A stretch of DNA of 63,671 bases, the filler included, from Pelomyxa schiedti (taxonomy: Eukaryota > Protista > Evosea): NCBI GenBank assembly GCA_020536535.1. It is 10 parts of 10 records of this genome, joined end to end, with 100 filler letters (N's around TTAATTAATTAA, not from the genome) between each part and the next. Parts side by side here need not be neighbours in the genome. Positions count along the whole stretch, not along the records: positions 1 to 14,507 come from JAHLWZ010000096.1; 9 more parts are not named here. One strand, 5' to 3'. Under the pieces are notes generated by a model. That model saw only the letters and a program-made list of their open reading frames with translations. It did not search any database and was not told where the DNA came from. A program made the position numbers and the translations under genes. Below are positions 1-12,380 of the stretch, piece after piece. Within the stretch, counting starts at the first letter, position 1, and every line of letters begins with the position of its first letter.

Positions 1-1700
1 GTTCCAGCAACAGTGCAAGCTCCAGTCAGATTGAAAGTTCGAGCTCCAGCGACAGTGAGAGCTCAAGCTCAAGCAACAGCGAAAGCTCCAGCATCAGTGA
101 AAGTTCTAGTTCGAGCAACAGCATTAGCTCCAGCATCAGCGAAAGCTCGAGCAACAGTGAGAGCTCAATCTCAAGCAGCAGCGATAGTTCCAGCTACAGT
201 ACCAGTTCAAGTTCAAGCATCAGCGAGAGCTCCAGCCACAGTGAAAGTTCCAGTCAGAGTGAAAGTTCGAGCTCCAGCAACAGTGAAAGCTCAAGCACAA
301 GTGAAAGCTCCAGCTCCAGTGAAAGTTCGAGCATCAGTGGAAGCTACAGTTCCAGCCACAGTGAAAGCTCCAGCTCGATCCTCAGTTATAGTTCGAGTTC
401 CAGCGACAGCGAAAGCTCCAGTAGCAGCGCGTCGAGCTCGAGTAACAGCGAAAGCTCGAGCACAAGCAGCAGTGAAAGTTTGAGCTCGAGCAACAGTGAA
501 AGCTCCAGCCACAGTGAAAGTTCAAGCTCCAGCAACAGCGAAAGCTCGAGCATCAGTGAAAGTTCAAGTTCGAGCACCAGCAACAGCGAAAGTTCTAGTT
601 CGAGCANNNNNNNNNNNNNNNNNNNNNNNNNNNNNNNNNNNNNNNNNNNNNNNNNNNNNNNNNNNNNNNNNNNNNNNNNNNNNNNNNNNNNNNNNNNNNN
701 NNNNNNTCGAGCAACAGTGAAAGCTCCAGCCACAGTGAAAGTTCAAGCTCCAGCAACAGCGAAAGCTCGAGCATCAGTGAAAGTTCAAGTTCGAGCACCA
801 GCAACAGCGAAAGTTCTAGTTCGAGCAACAGTGAGAGTTCTAGCAACAGCGAAAGCTCCAGCCTCAGTGAAAGTTCGAGCTCCAGCAACAGTGAAAGCTC
901 CAGTCAGAGCGAAAGTTCAAGCTCGAGCAACAGCGAAAGTTCTAGTTCGAGCATCAGCGTCAGTGAAAGTTCGAGCAACAGTGAAAGTTCTAGCATCAGC
1001 GAAAGCTCCAGCTCCAGTCAGAGTGATAGTTCCAGCTCAAGCACAAGTGAGAGCTCCTCAATCAGTGAAAGCTCGAGCTCCAGCAACAGTGAAAGCTTAA
1101 GTTCGAGTCAAAGTGAAAGTTCCAGTTATAGCCTCAGTGATAGTTCGAGCTCCAGCAACAGTGTAAGCTCGAGCATCAGCGAGAGTAGCAGTGAAAGTTT
1201 GAGCTCCAGCAACAGTGAGAGCTCCAGTCAGAGTGAAAGTTCAAGCTCCAGCAACAGCATTAGCTCCAGTCAGAGTGAGAGTTCAAGCTCGAGCATCAGT
1301 GACAGTTCTAGTTCCAGCAACAGCGAAAGCTCCAGTCAGAGCGAAAGTTCGAGCTACAGCAACAGCATTAGCTCGAGCATCAGTGAAAGTTCTAGTTCAA
1401 GCAACAGCATTAGCTCGAGCACAAGCAACAGTGAGAGTAGCAGTGAAAGTTTGAGCTCCAGCAACAGTGAAAGCTCCAGTCAGAGTGAAAGCTCAAGTCA
1501 GAGTGAAAGTTCAAGCTCCAGTAATAGTGAAAGCTCCAGTCAGAGTGAAAGTTCGAGCTCCAGCGGCAGTGAGAGCTCAAGCTCGAGCAACAGCGAAAGT
1601 TCTAGTTCGAGCAACAGCATTAGCTCCAGCATCAGTGAAAGTTCCGCTTCAAGCAGCAGCGAGAGCTCCATTTCCAGCTCGATTTCCAACAGTTTAAGTG
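1..1700 (+). repeat. Degenerate coding tandem repeat (~18-nt unit AGY GAR AGY TCN AGY NNN)
   Basis: Recurring agtgaaagctccagc / agcgaaagttcgagc units, interrupted by an N gap at 607-706 whose flanks duplicate ~120 nt. Confidence 0.95.
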
Positions 1701-2403
1701 CCAGTGCAACTCTTGAAGATTCCGTTTCTTTATCGTTCCTGACTCCGACCACTCGGTTCATATCTTTCGGCTGTCACATTCGCTACGTTGGTATGTCCTT
1801 TTCCTTCCTTTCCTTATGGGAGTCTAACTTCTTGTAGGCTGTTTATCCACCGTTCCAGCCGGATTTGAAGCCAACTTCATCATCGACATCTCCACTGCCC
1901 TGGGGATCCCGACCTCGATGGTTTTCATGATCGACTTCTCTCTGGCTTCCGTGTGCAAAGGCCACGGCAGTCCCATAAGTCGCGACACCACGTCCGTCGT
2001 GCTCGTGGAGTACGGCGTGCTTCTCGACGACGACACTACTGCCGACCAGATGGCGGCCGAGATGACCGAGCTCGTGGACGACCCGACCAGCGCGCTCTAC
2101 GACGGCGTGGTGACGTCCAACCTGGAGCCGGACTCGTTCGTCGTGATATACGAGGCGTCGGACGTCCTGCCGCCGTCGTCTTCCGTGACCAGCGAAATGC
2201 ACGTGTCGAGCAGCGAGGAAGGCGATGATGGGATACCTGGGTGGGTGTGGGCCGTGGTGTGCACCGTGGGATTCGCGGGCCTGGTGGTTGGGTCTGCCAT
2301 CATTGCCGTTGTGGTGAAGAAGAGGAAGGCGGCACAGTCGAGTGTGCCTGAGGAGAGTGTGCTGGGTGGGTTCTCTAGCAGTGACCCTGATAGGTTGGTC
2401 TAA
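1..2403 (+). CDS. Serine-rich repeat type I membrane (mucin/adhesin-like) protein, 5'-partial
   Basis: A long S-E-S-S-S-x repeat frame (ORFs 480-1100, 1199-1837) splices via a GT-AG intron (1791-1836) into a globular juxtamembrane segment, then TM helix WVWAVVCTVGFAGLVVGSAIIAVVV, stop-transfer KKRK, a short tail and TAA at 2401-2403. Confidence 0.85.
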
Positions 2404-2660
2404 GGGGAGGGAAGTTCCGTATCGTGACTGGGTGACCTTGATTCCTGTTCCCACACACCCACCCAATTTTGTTTTTTTGACCATGACCCGCTGCCTTTAA
2501 AATGTAAAAACATAAAGTAGTAAACAAGAAGGTTTTTTTTTTTGTCCTTTCCGTGCTTTCGGTAATTCCCTGGCGGAAAGTGGAATTTGCCTGCTGTGAT
2601 CTTCAGCCATCAAAGAAACTTCACTAAAACAAATAAAAACAAACCAAGGTTAACGGGCGG

Positions 2661-3256
2661 ATGGAGGGCGATGCGAGAGATCTCTTTGTAATGGAGGGTG
2701 TGGTGCCAAGGAAAACAGATTCTGGTGTAGTTGTGAGATCTTTGCGTTCTGATGACGGCCCGTGCATACTTAGCGTCCTCGCACAACTCACTACAGTTGG
2801 TGAGGTTTCCTTAAGTTCCTTTGCTGAGAGATTTGGAGAAATGGTATGCACCAACCACATTTTCATGTGCTCGCACTGACAATAAAAAAAAGAAAGCAGC
2901 AGGGAGTTACTTTATTGTAGTCGCAGAGATCGACGGCAAAATTGTCGGCTGCGCAACCCTGACTGTGGAATTAAAGTTCATCCACTCGGTAGTTACCCCT
3001 TTTATTTGTAAACTGAATTTCTAATGCATCAACAACACAACAAAAGGCTGGAAAGCTTGGGCATATAGAGGATGTTGTTGTGGTAAGTACAGAGCGAGGA
3101 AGAAACATTGGACGGAGCCTTGTATCATCTTTGACGGACATTGCCCGCAGCCGTGGATGTTACAAAGTCACACTCGACTGCTTGCAACACAACGTGGAAT
3201 TCTACCTCAAGTGCGGCCTGGTGCAATCTGGGGTCCAGATGGTCCAGTACTTGTAA
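2661..3256 (+). CDS. GNA1: Glucosamine-6-phosphate N-acetyltransferase (GNAT family)
   Basis: Spliced protein (introns ~2844-2892, ~2989-3046) reads LAQLTTVGEV...IVGCATLTVELKFIHSAGKLGHIEDVVV...RGRNIG...GCYKVTLDC...FYLKCG, the GNA1/GNPNAT1 signature. Confidence 0.93.
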
Positions 3257-3431
3257 ATACTCATACAAAGTCTGTAAAGTCTGTAAATAGCCGAGCCAAT
3301 GTATACAAACTCACTCTCAACGGAAGACTCCCTCAGCTTTTGTAAAAAAAACCAAACAACAAAACCATTTGATCAAAATTGTTAATGGAACGGAAAATTA
3401 TACAAAAAAAAAAAAAAATTTTGTCAACACC

Positions 3432-6400
3432 ATGGATGCGGCACCACCCACTGTCGCGGTATTTGTCGTTTTTTTTGTTTAATTATTAACAGACGAGGGG
3501 GACGAGTATTTACCGTAGCTCTACACAGGCCGCAGATAGTGGTGCAACCGGAAATGCGACACAGCCTCCTACAGAATCTCCTGACCAGAATGCGGCCGCT
3601 ACTGCAACGCCCTTTGCTATGATGGACCCACAACAACAGGCTTACTTATACTCCGTACGCAACGTTTTTTTTTTTTCTCTCGTATTTTCGAGAAAACGAA
3701 TTCCTAAATATTCCTCAAGTACTACCAATCTTATGGCTACTACGATCCATCTCAGTACGCTGCCATGATGGCGGCCCAACAGCCCGCAACCCAAACTCCA
3801 AATGTAACTACCGCCACTGCTGATGCAACTTCTGTAACCCCAGCACAAACGACAGAAACTCCTGCAAATAGTACTACTCCAGCGAGTGGAACTGCCCAAA
3901 CCCAATTCACACCTTCAGCAACTCCTTCAGCACTCCCCTTCACTACACCTTATGCGCCATATGGACAATACCCAATGATGCCTGGTTTACCTATGATGGG
4001 TGCTGGTGCCATGAACCCAATGGCAGGAATGATGATGATGGGAGGAATGGCAAACCCTTACATGCGCGCTTTGGCTGCAGCTGCTGCCAGTGGACAACAG
4101 CCAACCAAGTCACTATGGGTTGGGAACTTGCATCCTGAAACAACAGAAGAAGAAATCAGAATAGCTTTCTCTGGGTTTGGGCCTGTGGAAAGCATAAAGG
4201 TGTGAATTTAAATATTGTGCAAGTCCTCATTTTCACAGGTTCTGAATCCAAAGAACTGCGCATTTATCAAATACGAGGATGTAAACTCCGCTATTCAGGC
4301 TTATGGTGCAATGCTTGGACGCTCTATTCATGGACAACAAATCAAAGTTGGCTGGGGAAAGGCAAGACCTGACTTCCCAATTGGGATGGGGAAAGGGAAA
4401 ACGACTGATACCTTTTAAGGCTGAACCGGCTACTGAAGAAAAAGGACCTCCTTGCCGCAACTTGTGGATTGGAAACATACATCCAGACACAACAGAAGAT
4501 GACATTGCTGCGTTGTTTCGTCAGTTTGGTGCCATAGAACGTGTTCGCGTCATTCCCCACAAGAATTGTGCCTTTGTAAATTTTATACATCTTGATGCTT
4601 GTGTGGCTGCCAAAGCAAGGATGCAAGGAAAACCTCTTAAAGGGCAACCAATGAAATTGAATTATGGAAAGGTATTTTCGTGTAGGGCCACCAGTCACAA
4701 GTTTAACTTGCTCTCAGGAAACAACATCCAATTTCCCTCCAATGCCCTCTCAATTCCTTAAGGCGGAAGAATTACCTCCACCAAGGGTTCCTGCTCCAAC
4801 AGGTATTGAATTTGTTTTTTACTCCTATCGTTCGTTAAGGCGACACAGGTCCTGAAAAAATTCTTGTTGATAAATTGGCTGAATTTGTGGTTAAGAATGG
4901 ACTTGCCTTTGAGCAAATGATGACTACAAAACAACAAGAAAATCCTTCCCCTAATACAAGTTGCTTGACCCCGTCAGACCCCAACCATGGGTATTATCGC
5001 TGGAGAGTGTTTGAAATGACAATGGGTATTCTAAATCAACTTTATTCAGTTCTCATTTTCTTCAGAGAAAAATACATCAGAATTACCACCACTTCCACCT
5101 CTTCCAACTGCACCATCAGCAGCAACTACCACAACACCACCTTGGGTGACAAACGCAAACGCAGCACAGACAACACAGCAAGCTGAAACCCAAGTACAAT
5201 TTACTTTTTCCCTTGATTTTCCTCAACCAAAAAAGCCTGCTGTGCTCAGTGACTCAGAAACTTCAGAATTAAAAGCCTTGATTCTACAATCTCCCTCCCA
5301 AACAATGCAGGTTTGTCGAAACGAAATTCCCATTCCAAAAATATAATATATGTGTTCCTAAATCCTCCACTTCTATTCTTGCTCAGATATTTTCAGTTTT
5401 ACTTCTTCTTTCTTTCCCTTTTTGAAACCTCTTCTTATTTCCGTTCTACTGTAATGCATTTTCTTTAGCACATCCTCTTCTCCTCTTACCTCGTTAAAGT
5501 TGATTTTCCGCAACATCTTGCCGCTCAGGTAACAATTTACATTCTCTTCTTTTCTCTCTCAAATAGGAAGCAAAAGACTGGATCACCGGACACATCAAGC
5601 AAATACCCTCAATAAGTCAGGTCTTACTTGCCTGCATAGTGTCTGCCACAGGTTTTGACAAGCGGTACAGTATAATGGGGCTAATTAATGATCTGCTGAG
5701 GCAAGGGTGTGTACTGTTATGCTTTTTATGTCTAATATTGTACAGAAGGAGCAACCGTAAGGTTGACGAAACAACTGATGACATAAGTGCCGCACTTAAA
5801 CCACTTCTTAGCACTGTTGTGCGACTATCATATCTTGGTGAAACACAAGTTAATCAAGACAAGTTGTTCAAGTTGTTGGATCAATGGAGTGATGACAAAG
5901 TATATGACCCTACATTTATCAAGCAACTGCAAGCAAGCGCCATTGCAGCTGTCAAGGTTTCACCATTTTGTTGTATTTTGTGTTTTTTATTTAGTGGTCA
6001 GGTTATGCATAAGAGTGATAGGAAAGCTTGCGCATGAGATTGAATAATAGTAATGAAGTAATAATAACCTTAATGTCATGTTCTAATCTATCGCTATTGT
6101 ACTGCAGCTGCAACAGATAATTCCTGTTCAAGCAATAGAAACAGCTAACAGGATTGCACTTGGTGCGTTAACCGAACCTTCAAAACTGCCAACTAGTACA
6201 ACACAACCCCTGCAAGTTCCACCGCCGCAAGTGTTACCTCCACCTCAAGTCCCGGTTGTAGCTCAACCAGCACCAATGCAACAGGATCAACCTCAACCAT
6301 CCGGCGATTCTAAGTCAAGTGTAACAGCCTCACCAGCAAAGGAGAGGAAAAGCCGGAGCCGAGAAAGGAAGTCTCCATCACACCACCATCACCACCATCA

Positions 6401-6698
6401 TCACAGACACTCTACCCATAAACACGGCCACAGTTACGGCAGCAAAAAGCACAAGTACAAGCACAAATCACACAAGAGGAGCAAAAGCAGAGAACGGGAC
6501 AGGAGCCGCAGCCCCAAAAAGCCTCATTCCACCCCAACCAAGAAAGAAAACCCCTATGAGACCTCGAGCGATTCTAGCAGTGGCAGCTCAAGCAAGAAAA
6601 AACACAAAAGCAAAAAGAGCCGAGGCAGGAGCCCAAGTACCAGCAGCAATTCATCAGACGACGAGAAAAGAAGACATTCACCCTCAAGCAGTAGGTAG
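3432..6698 (+). CDS. RRM-RRM-SURP-CID-RS/His-rich splicing factor (U2SURP/SR140- or CHERP-like)
   Basis: Two RRMs (SLWVGNL...CAFIKY; NLWIGNI...CAFVNF), SURP (VDKLAEFVVKNGLAFE...HGYYRWRV), CID (AKDWI...LINDLL...KLLDQW..DKVY), and an RS/His/Lys-rich tail. Confidence 0.8.
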
Positions 6699-6751
6699 TA
6701 AAAACAACATAAGTTTTTCGTTTCCTTTAGTTCCTGTTAAATAATCCTCAT

Positions 6752-9700
6752 TCACGACTGGGGAGCGTACGTGGTCCAAAATCCAGTTCCGTATCTGTTG
6801 TGTATGGTTGTGGGGTATGGGTTTTTTGTTTGTGCTGTACCTGGAATCTGCATTAGGGTACTCCTGGCGGAATTTGGCACCACAGTCTTTACCTAGGGTG
6901 CATACTAAAAGTCCATTCAAAATTACACTGTGGTCGGCTACCTTTAGAGAATGAGTTCGGGGTGAAAGCGAAAAAGGTGCCAGGATACATACAGCTGGGC
7001 CGCCTTCAAGCACGAAGTTGTAGATAGTGTCATCATTGGCGCCGGAATTTGCTCGCCAGTCACCCAACAGAGTAGGGGGAGAAACATCACAACTGCGGAC
7101 CCATTGGCCATTTACAAATACCGGGTGTCCTGTGGTTAGTCCAACACCATTCAGGAACACCATTCTAGTTGTACATCATCAGTACGGGGGGAAGGGTCCT
7201 GGTTTGTTGTATTTACCTGAACTTGTTGTCAACCTTCTTTTGGCGTACTTCTTGCACCCTGTGAGGTTTGTAGGCCTCAGTCATTACGAAATCACCAGGC
7301 CTGATTGAATTAACAGGCCTATTAAGCGATAAACAATGAGAAGTAAAGGGGAAAAAAAGGAGGAAGAACCTGACTGACAGGTCTCCCATAAGAATAAAGG
7401 CATTGCCTAAGAAACACTCATAGACAACAGGTTGGGGTTCCTATTGGGGACATTAATACAACATCACAACTTGCTGTGTACGAACCCTCCACTCAGGTGG
7501 AGTGTATTTCACAACTCCGGGAGTTGGGTTTCTCCACACAAGAAAAGTCCCCAAAACTAAACTGAATGGTGGGAAGCTCGATCATCATCGGAGATTTAAA
7601 CATTTTTGTCTGAGGTTCTTCTCGGTCCTTATCGACTCCACAACATGGTCCCTCCATAATTCATCTGATCCGCATAATGCATAAAAGTCTCTGCAAGTCT
7701 ACAAAAGTTCAGAAATGGAAGGACAAGGCACGATACATGACCAAGCCGACATAAATCGGCAGGCTGTAACAAGCTCAACAGATGCATCCAGATATCAAGC
7801 GGTAATAACGGTACAACAGAGACATATTTAGGGAATACGAGTGTGAAGGCATCACCTAAAATACCTCCTTCGGCTCTTCTCCACATCCCACCCGCAATAA
7901 GCAAGGAAGAGCGATAAGGAGTGACAGAATGGAACTTATACATTGTTGATTAAAGAAGAAGTAAAAATGATATACCTCTCGAGCAACAAAATCCGATTCA
8001 AAGTTAATTTGGCTCCATGTAAATGAACCCAAATCCAAACTCAAAGTATTGGAAGAAGTTAGTTGAAAGACTTGAAACGATAAATATACCAGAACAGTTC
8101 ACAGTGTGGGTTATTGTTGGAGGATCCACATAAAAGGAATGAGTTGGACGATGGCATCATGCAGCCCACATGTCCGCGCTGTGGTGTTGGTCGAATGGAA
8201 CCGGAAATAGGTATCTGCTTCCAACCTGTGTGCTTTGCCGTAAAGAGAGAGTTCAGATTGTACGCCCAGAGATCACTCAACTTTGAGTTACCTTCGCCAA
8301 GTCCCCCATATATATACATAGTTCCTCTACAGAAAGTTATCAAAGCAAACTAATTCTGTCAATACGTCGCATCAGCAAAAGCATTATGGTGATAACGTGG
8401 AGGTGGCATATTTGGTTCTTGTATGCGCCCCCAAGTCTTAGAATCAAGGTCGAACTCTGTTGACTGGTTATCTTTCACAGAGATTGTTGTACATACCAAA
8501 AAATTGGCAACTATAGTGGTCCTGAATACAACCTCCGAATAAAAATAGTTTGTTCTTAAATCTAGAAGAGTTTAGACCCGAAATCCGCATAGAAACGGTT
8601 ACCCAAGAAGTGAGGCGCCATAGCACGCATCGGGAAAGTTATCGGTTGCAGATTTAACAGAATGAGGAAATAAACAGTTCCACAAACAAGTGTCCATGTC
8701 ATACGAAAGAAGACGATTGGTGGATAAGCCTCCATAGGTTCCACCAAATAGAAAGACTAAAGGTGCAAAGGCACACATAGCTGAATATGAACCCACTCCA
8801 GCAACTTGGCTTCCAGGAGGAATGGCTTCAGTATGACACTCGGTAGGCATTGTTGCTGGGGAAGGAGGCGGTGTCACTGTTGGCTCAGGGCTGTGGGTGA
8901 GAGGAGAACCACTTTCGATTGAGGGAGCAGGCTTCCAATGTGGGTCTTCAGCAGAAAAATCAAGAATAAAGGGGGATGCGCGCAATTGTTTCTGCAGTCC
9001 ACTCCCACCAAAGAATAGTAATTTGTTTTTATATGCTGTACACGCATGCCCATAGCTTTGTTGTTTGAGTTTGGCTAAGGGAAGTACTTGCTAACCTGAA
9101 ATAAGCACTTGGGCTTGAACCACCACCGAATATTTCAAGAGCAGTGCATGATAGTCCGGAGGGTGTTGTTGGTTTTGTGGGTTTTATGCTAGGTGCGGCA
9201 ACCTTTTCAGGTGTTATGTTAATACCGGACCTTGGTTTGGGTTTGGGATCAGATGACAATAATTTCCCAAAAAGTTTTGAAATGCCACCTTAAAGAGGTA
9301 AGGATAGTACTTGCGATGGGATAAGTTTTGTACTGCTTTGAGGTGCCGGTGGTATTGGTGGTCTGTTAGATGCAGCGTCCATAGTATCAGCTAGGACTCG
9401 AAGTAACTGACTCAGGTTTTGGCCAGTCTTACAACTGAGTTGTATATAGGCAAATGCTCCAATTTGGTCTGCTGCCTAAAGTAGAGTGAGGTTGCATTGC
9501 AGTAGAGTGTTTTACTTGTTGTAGTTCTTCCCGAGGAAGTAATCTATGTCCAGGATGGGTAGGCACAAAAACAGTTTGATATAAATCAGATTTTAGACCG
9601 ATAACTATAATGGGTGCAGTAGGCTGAATAGTGTGCGCTTCACAAAAGTACTGCAGTGCATTGTTAGGACTAATGTGTGGGCAAGAGTTGTAGTACAAAC

Positions 9701-10182
9701 CCAATTGAGTAGTTCATTGACGCTCTCAGTAGAATCAACAGCAACACAGAGCAGAAATACAGTTGTCGAATGGAAGGGTCTGTACCGTGTCCAGCTTCCG
9801 TAGCACTCATAAAAGTGCCCAGCATCTTGGAAAAACCAAAAAAAAAGCCAATTATGTGTTTACAGGTAACCTCAAAGTTATTGACTGATAGTTATAAGAG
9901 TGGAATTACCTTCGATTCTGACAGCGTACTGATTACCTACGTGTTAGATGTGAAAAAAACAAAAGTATCAATAAATGAATCAGTAACCAGCGGAGCTCTT
10001 GATATGATATGCATGATCTTTGGGGTCGCAATACAATTTATACAGCTCCGTCTGAAGTGTGCCCTACAAGCCAAAGCATAAATTGCCGTTGCATCAACTG
10101 TAAAGACAAGACAGGAACCAACTTTGCCAATGCCCCCCGAACCAGTCATCAGAACATTATAAATTGTGGGTGCTGTCGCCAT
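6752..10182 (-). CDS. Rho-like GTPase-Kelch repeat-F-box-Hint (Vint-type) fusion protein
   Basis: Hand-spliced protein: MATAPTIYNVLMTGSGGIGK...VFLLCVAVDS...IIVIGLKSDL...YIQLSCKTG; Kelch repeats (RYGHAC..LLFFGG, VFLFGG, MYIYGG, LLIAGG); F-box LPLDIWMHLLSLLQPADLCRLGHTCRDFYALCGSDELWR; Hint CFLGNAFILMGDLSVRPVNSIRPGDFV...LTTGHPV...YNFVLE...HSVILNGLLVCTLG. Exon joins at ~9830-10120 are uncertain. Confidence 0.8.
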
Positions 10183-10319
10183 CGTGGGGCTCTTGGTGTA
10201 GTTTTGTTGTTGTTTATGTCGGTTCGAAAGACCAACGAGAAAAAAAGCGTTGAAGTTCAGCTTCTCAACACGGCACTTCAACCGAAAGGAACAAGAAACA
10301 TCACCTTTGAATCTCGTGA

Positions 10320-11861
10320 ATGGAAGGGCTGGGATTGCCGAGGGCTGTTTTTCGGAGGGTGTGCGAGATGTTGTCAGATGGTGGCGATTTGTTGTCACTG
10401 TGTCTCGTTTGGTGTGTTTTGGGTTATTATCATTATTGGTTTTTTTTTCCCCCTCCTCCCTTCATTGTTGTGGCAGGGGAATGGTGTCACTTGTTTGGTG
10501 ACGAGATTTAGCACTGGTTGGAGAAATTTTATGAATGATGAAGGTGCTTCTTTGTTTCGTACTTTGCTGGAGTGGAAGTGGCCACAACGGGAAGCTGATT
10601 ACTACGAAAGACTCTTCCCCGCATTGAAGAAATTGAAGCAGGCGTATTTGCACAAGAAACACTTTGAACAGGTAGAGCTGCTTGCATCCCAACATTCTTT
10701 TCTTTTAACTTTGTCCAGTGTTTGTTTTCTGGGAGATACGTAGCAAAGAATGTAAAATCCAAGGCAAAAGGAACACGATTGATGAGAGAGCCCTCAGTAT
10801 CTCTTATAATTTGGGATGCAGAGCCTGGATGCGTCGAGGTCTGGAACTGCCGTACAATGAAGTGTGTCCAACGTTTATGTGTCCACCCACCTGATCACGT
10901 GCGTGGAACTTCTTACTCCAAGTTATTAACGTTGCTAAAATGTAGAAAATATGGTGGCTGAATGTAGCACCTTCCGGTGTTTGCGTTACTGCCTGTGAAG
11001 ATCACACTCTGAATGGTTAAAGCTATTTCTCCTGCCGGTTGATCTCTCATCCTCTTAGTTATTGATGTGAACAATCTATCGGCTGGTGTATCGAAAACAC
11101 TTCACGGGCACACTGGCTCTGTCTGGTGCGTGGACGTTTGCCCTGAGTGGGATCGTGTTGTGAGTGGCTCTTCAAATGGAGAACTTTTCTTTTGGCAGCT
11201 CAGTTCAGGAAAAATCCTCCAGGTGAATTTTACTTATCATGATAATAACTGTGACATTCACAAGAGACAAGAAGGCAACAGCTTTGTCGGCTGGTATGAC
11301 GTTCGATTCTGCGGCCCAAATAAGCAGTGGGTAACAGGCGCCACAAAATCCACGTTGCCATTCTTTATGTATTGACAATTTGAAACCATCCACTATTTTT
11401 CCTCAACTTCCACAAGGACTGCGACCGGGGAGCCAGCATTTACACTGGGACGAGAGAAGGCACCGCTTCATTATTTAGCCACACTTCCCGTTGGGGACCG
11501 GTACCTCTATACAAGTGATTCCATCAGGACAGTGTGCCAATGGGACCTTCAAACCCAGACACTGCTGCACTTGCGAGACCTTGGAGGTGCCTCAGAAGCC
11601 ACCGATTTTTACGACGGCAAGCTTTTCTGCGCCGTTTCGCTGCGGCTCACCAGTGTCATCATGATACTTTCCATGGACCTGGAATTACTAGCCAGCATTA
11701 CAATCACATCCACGGAAGTTGTGAGGCTCTACACTCTCGATGTCAGAGAAAGTGCACTCGTGTGCTCCCTGCAGTCCAACGAAATTTTCGTGGTCACTCC
11801 GGAGCCCGCGAACAACAGCGGCGGCACCACAATCACGCTCCCTTCGTGCTCTGTATCTTGA
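10320..11861 (+). CDS. F-box/WD40 repeat protein
   Basis: N-terminal F-box-like LPRAVFRRVCEMLSDGGDLLSL, then WD40 repeats (LHGHTGSVWCVDV..DRVVSGSSNGELFFW) across several exons. Confidence 0.75.
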
Positions 11862-12380
11862 TGACCTGAATCAATATCTTCATATTCAATTCAGTTGACG
11901 GAAATCCCAGGGACAACAGTTGTAAAGCGAAATTTTACAGAGATTTTGTCTGTTCCTTTTCTTCTTTTCGACGCAGCGATCTCGTTTTTACTTGTTTTTT
12001 TTTTTTTCGGGGGAAGTACGACGCGTAGCGAGGTTTATTGGCCTGAGCAGAGCAGTTTTAACGCCAAAGAGGACGACAGTCTTACGTGATCACGTCCCAC
12101 TCATCAGAGATCAACAAGCCGCCCCCGGTCTTTTTCCTCCACGTATTTTTGTTTTTTTTTCCTCTTTTTTTTCTGTGTTTGTTGGTTGGGTGTTGTGCTA
12201 CTGACCACCTCTGCAACAAGCTGTGAAAAAAAAAAAAAAAAAGACGAAACCAAAAGAAAAAAACAAACCAAGAAGTTGTGGGACCACTGAGGACGTAACT
12301 TTGCATTGAAATTCGTAAAGAGTGAGAGAGTAGGAAAAGAGGGAGAGACCAGTGTGAATTGTTGAATTCATACAACTGGA

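Noticed and set aside
487-826. ~120-nt direct duplication flanking the N gap (similar at ~60987-61176)
   Set aside because: Typical scaffolding overlap artefact rather than a real tandem duplication.
13-1100. Ala/Val/Lys/Arg-rich and Leu/Glu-rich ORFs over the serine repeat
   Set aside because: These are shadow frames of the repeat; only the Ser frame splices into the TM-containing exon.
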